Below, piece after piece: positions 9,180-16,921 of a stretch of 19,995 bases of DNA; the stretch's first letter is position 1; every line of letters begins with the position of its first letter. Where the stretch lies: the NCBI GenBank assembly GCA_038320275.1, contig JBBQEB010000062.1, positions 1 through 19,995 on the forward strand, given 5' to 3'. The notes below the pieces were generated by a model. The model was given only the letters and a program-made list of their open reading frames with translations, was not told where the DNA came from and did not search any database. The translations under genes were made by a program, and so were the position numbers. Source of the stretch: Myxococcales bacterium (GTDB lineage Bacteria > Myxococcota > Myxococcia > Myxococcales > Anaeromyxobacteraceae).

Positions 9180-10481
9180 ATGAAGAAGCTGAGCATCCGT
9201 CCACACCGCTCCGGGGAGCGCCTCGCCGTCCTTTTGCCGGGCCTCGGCGCCGTCGCGACCACCGCCATCGCCGGGGTGGAGGCGGTGAAGCGGAAGCTGA
9301 GCCAGCCGGTGGGCTCCCTCACGCAGCTCGGCGAGCTCATCGAGGAGGACGGGAGCTCCGGCCCGCGCCTCACCCAGGTGCTCTCGATGCCGGCGCTGGA
9401 AGAGCTGGTGTTCGGCGGGTGGGACCCCATCCCGGACAACGCCTACGAGGCCGCGCTGCGGGCGCGCGTGCTCGACGCTCCGCTCCTGCGCAAGCTGGAG
9501 GAACCGCTGGCGGCGGTGAAGCCGATGCCGGCGGTCTTCGACCAGTCCTGGGTGAAGCGCCTCGACGGGCCGAACGTGAAGAAGGGCTCGAAGAAGGCGA
9601 TGGCCGAGGCGCTCTGCCACGACATCCGCGAGTTCCTCTCCCGGAACGGCTGCGCGCGAGGCGTGATGGTGTGGACGGGCTCCACCGAGGTGTACGCGGA
9701 GACAGGGCCGGCGCACCTCTCGCTGAAGGCGTTCGAGGCGGCGCTGGAGAAGAGCGATCCGACGATCGCTCCCTCCATGATGTACGCCTACGCCGCCATG
9801 AAGACGGGGCTCGCCTACCTCAACGGCGCGCCCAACCTGTCGGCAGACATCCCCGCCCTGCGCGAACTGGCCGAGCGCGAGGGCATCCCCACCGGCGGCA
9901 AGGACTTCAAGACGGGCCAGACGCTCATGAAGACCACCATCGCCCCCATGCTGCGCGCGCGCATGCTGGGCCTCGACGGCTGGTTCTCGACCAACATCCT
10001 CGGCAACCGGGACGGCGAGGTGCTGGACGACGCCGAGAGCTTCAAGACGAAGGAGGTCTCGAAGCTGGGCGTGCTCGACGCCATCCTCGACGGCGAGCGC
10101 CACCCGGAGCTCTACGGCGACATCGCCCACAAGGTCACCATCCACTACTACCCGCCGCGCGGCGACAACAAGGAAGGCTGGGACGCCATCGACCTGAGCG
10201 GCTGGCTCGGCTATCCGATGTCGATCAAGATCAACTTCCAGTGCCGCGACTCCATCCTGGCCGCCCCCATCGTGCTCGACCTGGCGCTCCTCGGCGATCT
10301 GGCGCGGCGCGCCGGCGAGCGGGGCCCCCAGGAGTGGCTCTCCTTCTTCTTCAAGAGCCCGGTCACGGTGCCCGGCCGCATGGCGGTGCACGACCTCTTC
10401 CAGCAGCAGACGAACCTGCACCGGCACCTGCGCCGCTACGCAGAGGCGGCGGGCGCGGCTGTTGGAACCGCGGTGGGGTAG
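9180..10481 (+). CDS. ino1: myo-inositol-1(3)-phosphate synthase
   Basis: GLGAVATT NAD-binding loop, FGGWD, NGAPN, GKDFKTGQT, WFSTNILGNRDG, GDNKEGWD, CRDSILAAP, FFFKSP. GAGG RBS before ATG 9180. Confidence 0.95.
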   Translation: MKKLSIRPHRSGERLAVLLPGLGAVATTAIAGVEAVKRKLSQPVGSLTQLGELIEEDGSSGPRLTQVLSMPALEELVFGGWDPIPDNAYEAALRARVLDAPLLRKLEEPLAAVKPMPAVFDQSWVKRLDGPNVKKGSKKAMAEALCHDIREFLSRNGCARGVMVWTGSTEVYAETGPAHLSLKAFEAALEKSDPTIAPSMMYAYAAMKTGLAYLNGAPNLSADIPALRELAEREGIPTGGKDFKTGQTLMKTTIAPMLRARMLGLDGWFSTNILGNRDGEVLDDAESFKTKEVSKLGVLDAILDGERHPELYGDIAHKVTIHYYPPRGDNKEGWDAIDLSGWLGYPMSIKINFQCRDSILAAPIVLDLALLGDLARRAGERGPQEWLSFFFKSPVTVPGRMAVHDLFQQQTNLHRHLRRYAEAAGAAVGTAVG

Positions 10482-10488
10482 GCGAGAG

Positions 10489-11274
10489 ATGCATTTCTAC
10501 GCCCGGTTCCTGCTGCTCTCGTACCTCGGGATCTGGGCGATCAGCCTGCTCTTCATGGCCGTCGCGCGGCCACCCCTGCCGCCGCGCCTCGCGAACTACG
10601 GCCTCGTCATCCGCGTCATGGGCCGCTGGATGTACTGGTGGTCCGCGCCGGTGGTGCGCTGGTTCGACGCCCGCGGGCTCAATGCCAACCACGTCACCTT
10701 CCTGGGCTTCAGCCTCACCGCCTTCGCGGGCCTGCTGGCCGCCCAGGGCTGGTGGGGGCTCGCGGGCAGCGCGCTCATGTTCGGCTCGCTGTGCGACATC
10801 ATGGACGGCGAGCTGGCGCGACTGCAGAACGCCTCGCGCGCCTCCGGCGCCTTCCTCGACTCGAGCCTCGACCGCCTCTCCGAGATCGCGCTGTTCGGGG
10901 GCATGGCGGCGGGCTTCACCGACCGGACGGGCGCCTACTGGGCGTACGTGGCGGTCGGGGCCTCGATGATGGTGAGCTACGCCCGCGCCCGTGGCGAGGG
11001 GCTCGGGGTGAGCTGCCCCCCTGGCGGTCTCGAGCGGCCACACCGCGTGCTCATCATGATGTTCACGCTCCTCTTCATCGCGCTCTTCCCGGAGCGATGG
11101 GCCATGCTCGGGGCCGAGGTCGCCTGCGCGGTGGTCGCGGTGGGGGCGACAGCCACCGCGGTGTCGCGGCTCTCCACCATCTACGCCATGCTGCGCCGCA
11201 AGGAGGAGCCGGCGGCGGCAGAGCCCCCGGTGCGGCCCGCGCCCGGACCGGAGAAACCCGCCTCCGCGCGCTGA
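10489..11274 (+). CDS. CDP-alcohol phosphatidyltransferase, probable phosphatidylinositol(-phosphate) synthase
   Basis: Signature DIMDGELAR...GAFLDSSLDRLSE, plus ANHVT and MVSYARARGEGLG. Multiple TM helices. 7 bp downstream of ino1. Confidence 0.88.
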   Translation: MHFYARFLLLSYLGIWAISLLFMAVARPPLPPRLANYGLVIRVMGRWMYWWSAPVVRWFDARGLNANHVTFLGFSLTAFAGLLAAQGWWGLAGSALMFGSLCDIMDGELARLQNASRASGAFLDSSLDRLSEIALFGGMAAGFTDRTGAYWAYVAVGASMMVSYARARGEGLGVSCPPGGLERPHRVLIMMFTLLFIALFPERWAMLGAEVACAVVAVGATATAVSRLSTIYAMLRRKEEPAAAEPPVRPAPGPEKPASAR

Positions 11275-11331
11275 CGTTCGAGCGCGCGCCCCCGCAGCAG
11301 AGACCCGTTCACCTCACAGGAGGAGCTCCAG

Positions 11332-11625
11332 ATGGCAAATTCCGCCGGGTATCACGAGCCGTTCGAACACCTCTCCCCCAAGACGCGCGACCTGCACCGG
11401 GCGCTCACCTCGCTCCAGGAGGAGCTCGAGGCGGTCGACTGGTACCAGCAGCGCATCGACGTCATCGAGGACGCCGAGCTGAAGAGTATCCTCGAGCACA
11501 ACCGCGACGAGGAGAAGGAGCACGCGGTGATGCTCCTCGAGTGGATCCGCCGCAACGACCCGGCCTTCGCACGCCAGATCGCGGCCAAGATCGACAAGCC
11601 CGGCCACATCGCCAAGGAGGAGTAA
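11332..11625 (+). CDS. Encapsulated-ferritin-type (EncFtn/Flp) ferritin-like protein, 97 aa
   Basis: GYHEP...RDLHRALTSLQEELEAVDWYQQR...ILEHNRDEEKEHAVMLLEWIRRND. AGGAGG RBS at 11318-11323. Confidence 0.92.
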   Translation: MANSAGYHEPFEHLSPKTRDLHRALTSLQEELEAVDWYQQRIDVIEDAELKSILEHNRDEEKEHAVMLLEWIRRNDPAFARQIAAKIDKPGHIAKEE

Positions 11626-11653
11626 GGGGTAGGCGAGCTACGACGAGGAGGTC

Positions 11654-11689
11654 GAGGGCAGGGGAAGGAGCGGAGGTCCCCCTGCCTTC
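11654..11689. terminator. Hairpin between convergent genes, possible terminator
   Basis: GGCAGGGG (11657-11664) pairs with CCCCTGCC (11679-11686). No clear U tract. Confidence 0.4.
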
Positions 11690-12362
11690 AGCGGAACCGC
11701 AGCTCGAAGGGCATGGAGATCCGGGCCGTCCCGGCGCGGGCGCCGGAGGCCTGCAGCACCTGCCCGACCACCTTGGCCTGGGCGCAGGCGAGGAGCGCGT
11801 CGCTCGCGCCCGCCGGCGACTGCACTGGCGCCTTCGCGATGCGCACCTCGCCGTCCGCGGGCTCGAGCTCGAGGAGCAGCACCGGTGAGCCTCCGGGGCG
11901 CGAAAGGTGGCGCCCCCCGGAGCTGGCCGGGAGGAAGGTGGGCTGCTTGCGTGCGAAGGGCGTCTGCGCCGCGCTCGCGCCGCATGCGGCGACCTGAGCG
12001 TGCAGGGCGTCGAGCCCTGCCAGGAGGTCGGTGGGAGCGGCGGTGCCGCGCAGGCCTCCGCGGGTGATGCGCCGGGCCACCAGCGCGGGCCCCATCGGGC
12101 GCGGGGCGGGCGCGGGGCGGCGAACGGGAGAGACCGGGATCGCCAACGCCGCGGAGGCCGGAGCGGAGGCGACTGCCGGCGGGGGCGCTCGCGCCGGCTC
12201 TGCTCGAGACTCCGGGGACGAGGCTGGCGCCGCCACCGCCTCGGCGGGAGCTGCCGGCGGTGGCGGTGGCAAACGCGTCACCCACGCGATGACCGCCAGG
12301 CTGCCCCCGAAGAGCACCACCACGGCGGCGAGGGCCGCGAGGAGCGCTCGCCGTCCGCTCAC
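11688..12362 (-). CDS. Hypothetical membrane-anchored protein: TM helix, Pro/Ala linker, C-terminal two-Cys domain (TonB-like architecture)
   Basis: GTG start overlaps the FKBP stop (GTGA). Sequence RRALLAALAAVVVLFGGSLAVIAWV, then PPPPPAAPAE..., then QVAACG...LLACAQ...ISMPFELRF. Confidence 0.7.
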   Translation of the reverse strand: MSGRRALLAALAAVVVLFGGSLAVIAWVTRLPPPPPAAPAEAVAAPASSPESRAEPARAPPPAVASAPASAALAIPVSPVRRPAPAPRPMGPALVARRITRGGLRGTAAPTDLLAGLDALHAQVAACGASAAQTPFARKQPTFLPASSGGRHLSRPGGSPVLLLELEPADGEVRIAKAPVQSPAGASDALLACAQAKVVGQVLQASGARAGTARISMPFELRFR

Positions 12363-13039
12363 TTCACGTCCAGGAGCTCGAGCTCGAACACCAGCGTGGA
12401 TGACGGGCCAATCTTGCCCACCCCGCGGGAGCCGTACCCGAGCTGCGGCGGGACGACGAGCTCCCACTTCGACCCTGCCGGCATCAGCTTCAGCGCCTCG
12501 CGCCAGCCGGGGATGACCTTCGCGACCTGAAGCGAGGCGGGCTTTCCCTCGGGCGAGGCGTCGAACTCCGTGCCGTCCACCAAGGTCCCGCGGTAGGTGC
12601 AGCTCACCGTGTCGGCATCGGTGGGCTTCTTTCCGGTCCCGGTACGCAGGACCTTGTACTGGAGCCCGCTCGCGGTGGTCACCACCCCGGGCTTCGCCTT
12701 GTTGGCGGCGAGGAAGGCGGCGCCCACCTTGGCGTTGGAGCCTCCGCCGCGCGCCGCCTTCATCTTGTTCCGCATCTCCGTCTGGAACTCGGCCAGGGCG
12801 GTCTTGAGCTCCCCGTCGGAGAGCGCCAGCTTCGAGCCCGCGAACCAGTCGCGCAGGCCGCGGGAGAGCGCGTCGGCGTCCACCTCGCCCCCCTGAGCCT
12901 TGAGGTTCCGCGCGAGGTCCGCGCCCAGCGCATAGCTCATGCGCTGGCGCCGGTTGGCGAGGGGCGCCGGCTCGGCGGCGCGAGCGGCCACGGAGGCGAG
13001 CGCGAGGATCGCGATGACGAGGAAGGCGCGTGTTCTCAT
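12359..13039 (-). CDS. FKBP-type peptidyl-prolyl isomerase with N-terminal dimerisation domain and signal peptide (Mip/FkpA-like)
   Basis: SYALGADL, GVVTTASGLQYKVL, YRGTLVDGTEFD, VIPGWREALKLM, LVFELELLDV. GGAGA RBS. Signal MRTRAFLVIAILALASVAARA. Confidence 0.95.
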   Translation of the reverse strand: MRTRAFLVIAILALASVAARAAEPAPLANRRQRMSYALGADLARNLKAQGGEVDADALSRGLRDWFAGSKLALSDGELKTALAEFQTEMRNKMKAARGGGSNAKVGAAFLAANKAKPGVVTTASGLQYKVLRTGTGKKPTDADTVSCTYRGTLVDGTEFDASPEGKPASLQVAKVIPGWREALKLMPAGSKWELVVPPQLGYGSRGVGKIGPSSTLVFELELLDVK

Positions 13040-13116
13040 GAAGGTCTCCCGGCGCGTGGTGCGCGGCGTCTCTCTTATCCCGCGGCGAGCGTCGAGCGCG
13101 CGAGGAACTCGTGCCC

Positions 13117-14859
13117 TCAATAGCTGCCGTCGAGGGCCGCCAGCAGCGAAAGCCCCAGCCCCTTTTCCGCGGCGCCGCTCGACGCGAGGCCGACGCGTGT
13201 CAGGCCCGACAGCCGGAACCGGAGCCAGGGCGCCAGATCCTTCGAGGCGCTCGCCAGGAGGCCGAGTGTGACGTCGCTCGCGACGGGCGCCGGGCGGGTG
13301 TCCATGAAGAACGAGGCGCGCGAGAGGAGCCGCAGGCCCCAGGCGGCGTCCCCCTGCGCCTGCAGCCAGAGGCTCCGCCCGCCGGCCCAGCCGCGCTCCT
13401 CGAACCAGCCCGCGGAGGCGCCGCCCCGGCGTCCGAAGAGGCGCGGCAGCGCGAGCTCCGGCCCGCCGTACCCGCGGTCGAGGCCGGTGGTGAGGTCCTT
13501 GGCGTAGCCGCCGATCGCGCGCAAGGTCAGCGCCGGAGAGAGGTCCCACCCGGCGCTCGCCTCGGCGTGCCGGGCCGGGTTGGGGAAGAGCGCCGGCGCG
13601 CCGAGGTCGCCCGAGCCCAGCACCGAGAGCCCCTGGTAGCGCAGGCTGCCGGTGACGAAGAGTGGCGGCGCGAGCCGGGCGGAGAGCTCGAGGCGCGCGG
13701 CGTCGAGCGCGCCCGGCGCGGTCCGGTCGCCCATGAGCCCGAGCCTCGCGCCGCCGGAGAGATCGATGCTGCGGGACAGCCAGGCATGGCCGGACGCCTC
13801 CGCCTCCAGGCGCGTGCCCAGCTCGGGCGAGCGCACCATGGCGAGGCGCCCCTCGCCCCGCAGCATGGTGGACGCGCCCGAGCTCTCCAGCGCGCCGTAG
13901 GCGCCGGCGGTGGCGCGGCTCGTGGTGAGCCCGGTGGTGAGGACGTCCGGCACGGCACCGCCGAAGATGCCCAGCTCCGTGCCCCCGCTGCGCCAGCCCA
14001 CCTGCGCGCCGTCGAACGGGGTCGAGCCGGGCGCGCTCCAGGGCAGCACGCGGCCGATGGAGAGGGCGAAGGCCCGGCCGGGCTCGCGCGAGCTGGCGGA
14101 GAGCTCTCGCACCTCGACCCAGGCGGACTCCCCGGTGCGGAAGCGCTCGGAGACCGCGTTCGGCCGGGCCACCGCGCTCGCGTCGGCGAACAGGCGCCAG
14201 CCCGGGGCGAGCTCGGCGCCGCGAATGCGCGCCTCCAGCCGCTCCTCCGCGAGCCCGCTGGCGCCCGCGGTGAAGAAGCTCGCGTGCACGAGGCTCGCCT
14301 CGACGCCGTGGGGCGCCGCCGCCGCGCCGGGGCGCGGCCCAGGGGTGAACTCGACGGTCGCCACCGGAGCGGTGGCGAGGGCGGCCCGGCGGCGCGCCTG
14401 CTCGGAGGCGGTCAGGAGTGGAGGGAGCGGCGGGGGCGGCGCGGGGGCGGGCGCCGCCGCGGCGAGCGCGGTCGAGTCGCCCGGCTTCACGTCCGTCCCG
14501 GTGCAGCTCGAGGCGTGGTCCGAAGCCGCCTCCACGGTGCAGGTGCCGGCCGGCGCGCCGGCCCGCCTCAGCCGGAGCGATCGTCCGGGAGCGAGGCCGT
14601 CGAGGGTGCCGGCGTCGAGGTAGGCGCGCCCCGCGGCCACGCTCAGCACGGTGGCGATGCCGCTCACCCGCGCCCGCGCCTTCACCCGTGCAGGAGCGCG
14701 AGGGGGCGCGGGAGGGGTGGCCGGCATGGCCCGGGCAGGGCGTGCCGCGCGCCGCGGGGCCGCGCCCTCTCCCCGCGCGAGCGCAGGCGCCATGGCGAGG
14801 AGCAGCAGGGCGAGCGCGGCCGGGAAGCGCCCGGGCCCTCGCGGGGGTCGAAGGCTCAC
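13117..14859 (-). CDS. Putative outer-membrane beta-barrel protein with small N-terminal beta domain, 580 aa
   Basis: GTG overlaps the cytochrome stop. Signal peptide (AALALLLLAMAPALARG). Alternating amphipathic strands (FDGAQVGWR, ELGIFGG, AEASAGWDL). C-terminal strand ends in an aromatic residue (LSLLAALDGSY). Confidence 0.8.
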   Translation of the reverse strand: MSLRPPRGPGRFPAALALLLLAMAPALARGEGAAPRRAARPARAMPATPPAPPRAPARVKARARVSGIATVLSVAAGRAYLDAGTLDGLAPGRSLRLRRAGAPAGTCTVEAASDHASSCTGTDVKPGDSTALAAAAPAPAPPPPLPPLLTASEQARRRAALATAPVATVEFTPGPRPGAAAAPHGVEASLVHASFFTAGASGLAEERLEARIRGAELAPGWRLFADASAVARPNAVSERFRTGESAWVEVRELSASSREPGRAFALSIGRVLPWSAPGSTPFDGAQVGWRSGGTELGIFGGAVPDVLTTGLTTSRATAGAYGALESSGASTMLRGEGRLAMVRSPELGTRLEAEASGHAWLSRSIDLSGGARLGLMGDRTAPGALDAARLELSARLAPPLFVTGSLRYQGLSVLGSGDLGAPALFPNPARHAEASAGWDLSPALTLRAIGGYAKDLTTGLDRGYGGPELALPRLFGRRGGASAGWFEERGWAGGRSLWLQAQGDAAWGLRLLSRASFFMDTRPAPVASDVTLGLLASASKDLAPWLRFRLSGLTRVGLASSGAAEKGLGLSLLAALDGSY

Positions 14860-16049
14860 CCGCCGCCTCCACCATTGTTGTCGGTGTGGCAGGCGAGGCA
14901 ACTGTAGGCCTTGAAGTCGGCGGCCCAGGCCTTGTCGCCGCGGGAGGTCCGGTGGCAGGCGAGGCAGAACGGGCCGTGCCCTTCGCCAGTCAGCCCGTGT
15001 CTCACCGAGGGATGGCTCGCGATGCGATTCACCTGCCCGTCGGCGTGGCAGCGGAGGCAGGAGGCGGTGGCCCAGGCGTAGCTCGCGTACGTGATCCGGT
15101 CGAGGCGTCCCGTCGCGGCGCGGATGGCGGCGTGCTTCGTCGCCATGGCGGGCTGTGCGTGGCAGGGAACACAGGTGACGTCGGCGACCTTCTTGGTCGC
15201 CCCGTGACAGGCCGAACAGCCGACCGTCGCATGCTTGGTGCCGGTCACCGGGAAGAGCGCCGCGTCGTGGTTCGCCGGAAGCCCGGCTCGCCCGTCGGTG
15301 TGGCAGTCGTAGCAGGAGGGCGAGCTGTAGGCGTAGTTGGCGATGCCCACATGGGCGGCGTCGGTGCTCGCCCGGTCGTGGTCGTGACAGGCGGTGCACT
15401 GGAGGTCGGCCTTGGCGCGCGTCGGCCCGTGGCAGGTGGCGCAGCCGATGCCGCGATGAGGGGAGGCGGCGTCGATGGGGAACGGGTGGTCGAAGCTCGG
15501 GATGCCGCCGTCCTTGTGGCAGCCGTAGCAGGCGGGGCTCGCGAAGGCGTAGTTCGGGAGCCCGGCGTGAGCGGCATCCATCGCGGGCTGGTCGTGATGG
15601 CCGTGGCAGGTGGCGCACTGGAGATCCGTCACCGCCTTGGTGGGGCCGTGACAGGCCGCGCAGGCGAGCTTCTCGTGCGTGGCGCCCGGAGCGATGGGGA
15701 AGAACAGCGCATGGTCGACCGCGGCCGTGCCACCCTTGTGGCAGGGAACGCAGCTGTCGTTTCCGTAGGCGAAGCCCGATACGGCGGCGTGGGCCGGGGT
15801 CACGTCGGCCTGAGCGTGGCAGTGCAGGCAGTCCATCCCGCCTGCGGACAGAGCGAAGGAGGGCGCCGACGGCTCATGGCACCTGTCGCAGGCGAAGCCC
15901 GCGTGCGAGCCCATGACCACGAAGTGGTCCGCGTGGACGAACCGCTTCGGGCTCGCCCCGCCGTCGCCGCCGCACCCGGCGGAGAGGGCAAGGATGCAGA
16001 GGGACGCGATTGCAAATGAAGGGCTGGCTGCGACGAGGCGCACTCTCAT
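14856..16049 (-). CDS. Multiheme c-type cytochrome lipoprotein, 14 CxxCH, 397 aa
   Basis: ATGA overlap with the upstream gene. Lipobox LSAG-C. 14 CxxCH counted: four triheme repeats plus two. Confidence 0.92.
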   Translation of the reverse strand: MRVRLVAASPSFAIASLCILALSAGCGGDGGASPKRFVHADHFVVMGSHAGFACDRCHEPSAPSFALSAGGMDCLHCHAQADVTPAHAAVSGFAYGNDSCVPCHKGGTAAVDHALFFPIAPGATHEKLACAACHGPTKAVTDLQCATCHGHHDQPAMDAAHAGLPNYAFASPACYGCHKDGGIPSFDHPFPIDAASPHRGIGCATCHGPTRAKADLQCTACHDHDRASTDAAHVGIANYAYSSPSCYDCHTDGRAGLPANHDAALFPVTGTKHATVGCSACHGATKKVADVTCVPCHAQPAMATKHAAIRAATGRLDRITYASYAWATASCLRCHADGQVNRIASHPSVRHGLTGEGHGPFCLACHRTSRGDKAWAADFKAYSCLACHTDNNGGGGG

Positions 16050-16921
16050 GGGGTCTTCCCTCCGCTCCGGCGCAGCGCGCCGCTGCCGCCCGTCGTTCCG
16101 CCGGGGTGGCACTCGTAGCACTTGCGCGCGAAGCAGGCGAAGCCCGCCACGGTGGGGTGCTTGCCGCAATCGTGGCAGCGCATGCAGGCCGCCGTCCCGG
16201 TGCTGCAGGCGCCCGTCGCCGCGATGCTCCCCAGCGAGGTGTGGCACTTCAGGCAGGCGACCCCAGCGTGCCGCCCGCTCGCGATGGGAAAGCAGGCCTC
16301 GTGCTGAGCGAAGGAGGCGCCCTGGAAGCGCCACGGTCCGTGGCACTCCTGGCAGCGCGTGCCAAACCCGGCCGCGCGATGGTCGACGGCGCGCCCGGCG
16401 GTGGCGTCATAGTCCTTCTGATGACAGGCGATGCACCCCGGCGTCGCGCGGGTGAAGCCGCGGTCGCGCCGGTCGCCGTGGCAGGCCTCACAGGGCAGGA
16501 AGGCGTGGCGGCCCACCAGCGGGAAGTTGCCGCGCCGGTGCGCGTCCGCGTCGAAGCGGGACCGCCACGAGCTCTCCTCGTGGCAAGCCTCGCAGCGCGC
16601 GCCCAGCCGCCCCTCGTGCGCATCGCGGTGGCACGAGCCGCACGTCCGCCCCAGCGCGCGCGTGAAGCTCTCGGCATGGCAGGCCTTGCAGCCGGCGCGA
16701 AGGTGGGCACCGCGCAGCGGAAAGCCGGTGCGCTCGTGCGCGAACGCCACCTCGCTCCAGCCGTCCGGGGTGTGGCAGGCCTCGCAGCGCGTGTCGTCCG
16801 GGTGGGAGGGCGGAAGCGGCCGGAGATCCGGCGCGTTGCGGCCGCGGGCGCCGGGAGCGAGCGCCTCCGGGCTGGCGGCGGCGGAGAGGGAGAGCGCGGC
16901 GGCGAGAAGGGCGGCGATCAT
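16046..16921 (-). CDS. Periplasmic multiheme c-type cytochrome, 10 CxxCH, 291 aa
   Basis: ATGA overlap. Signal MIAALLAAALSLSAAA. 10 CxxCH counted. Confidence 0.92.
   Translation of the reverse strand: MIAALLAAALSLSAAASPEALAPGARGRNAPDLRPLPPSHPDDTRCEACHTPDGWSEVAFAHERTGFPLRGAHLRAGCKACHAESFTRALGRTCGSCHRDAHEGRLGARCEACHEESSWRSRFDADAHRRGNFPLVGRHAFLPCEACHGDRRDRGFTRATPGCIACHQKDYDATAGRAVDHRAAGFGTRCQECHGPWRFQGASFAQHEACFPIASGRHAGVACLKCHTSLGSIAATGACSTGTAACMRCHDCGKHPTVAGFACFARKCYECHPGGTTGGSGALRRSGGKTP

Noticed and set aside
6130..9183. 1017-aa plus-strand ORF and other long Arg/Pro/Gly-rich ORFs (e.g. 1790-3520, 9419-10969, 13111-14907, 14418-16019, 16963-18336)
   Set aside because: These are shadow frames of high-GC genes: they overlap well-supported CDSs and have no motifs.
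13117..16921. Naming the decaheme and barrel mtrA/mtrB
   Set aside because: Heme count is ten, but motif spacing and repeat structure do not resemble MtrA, and the barrel is shorter than MtrB.
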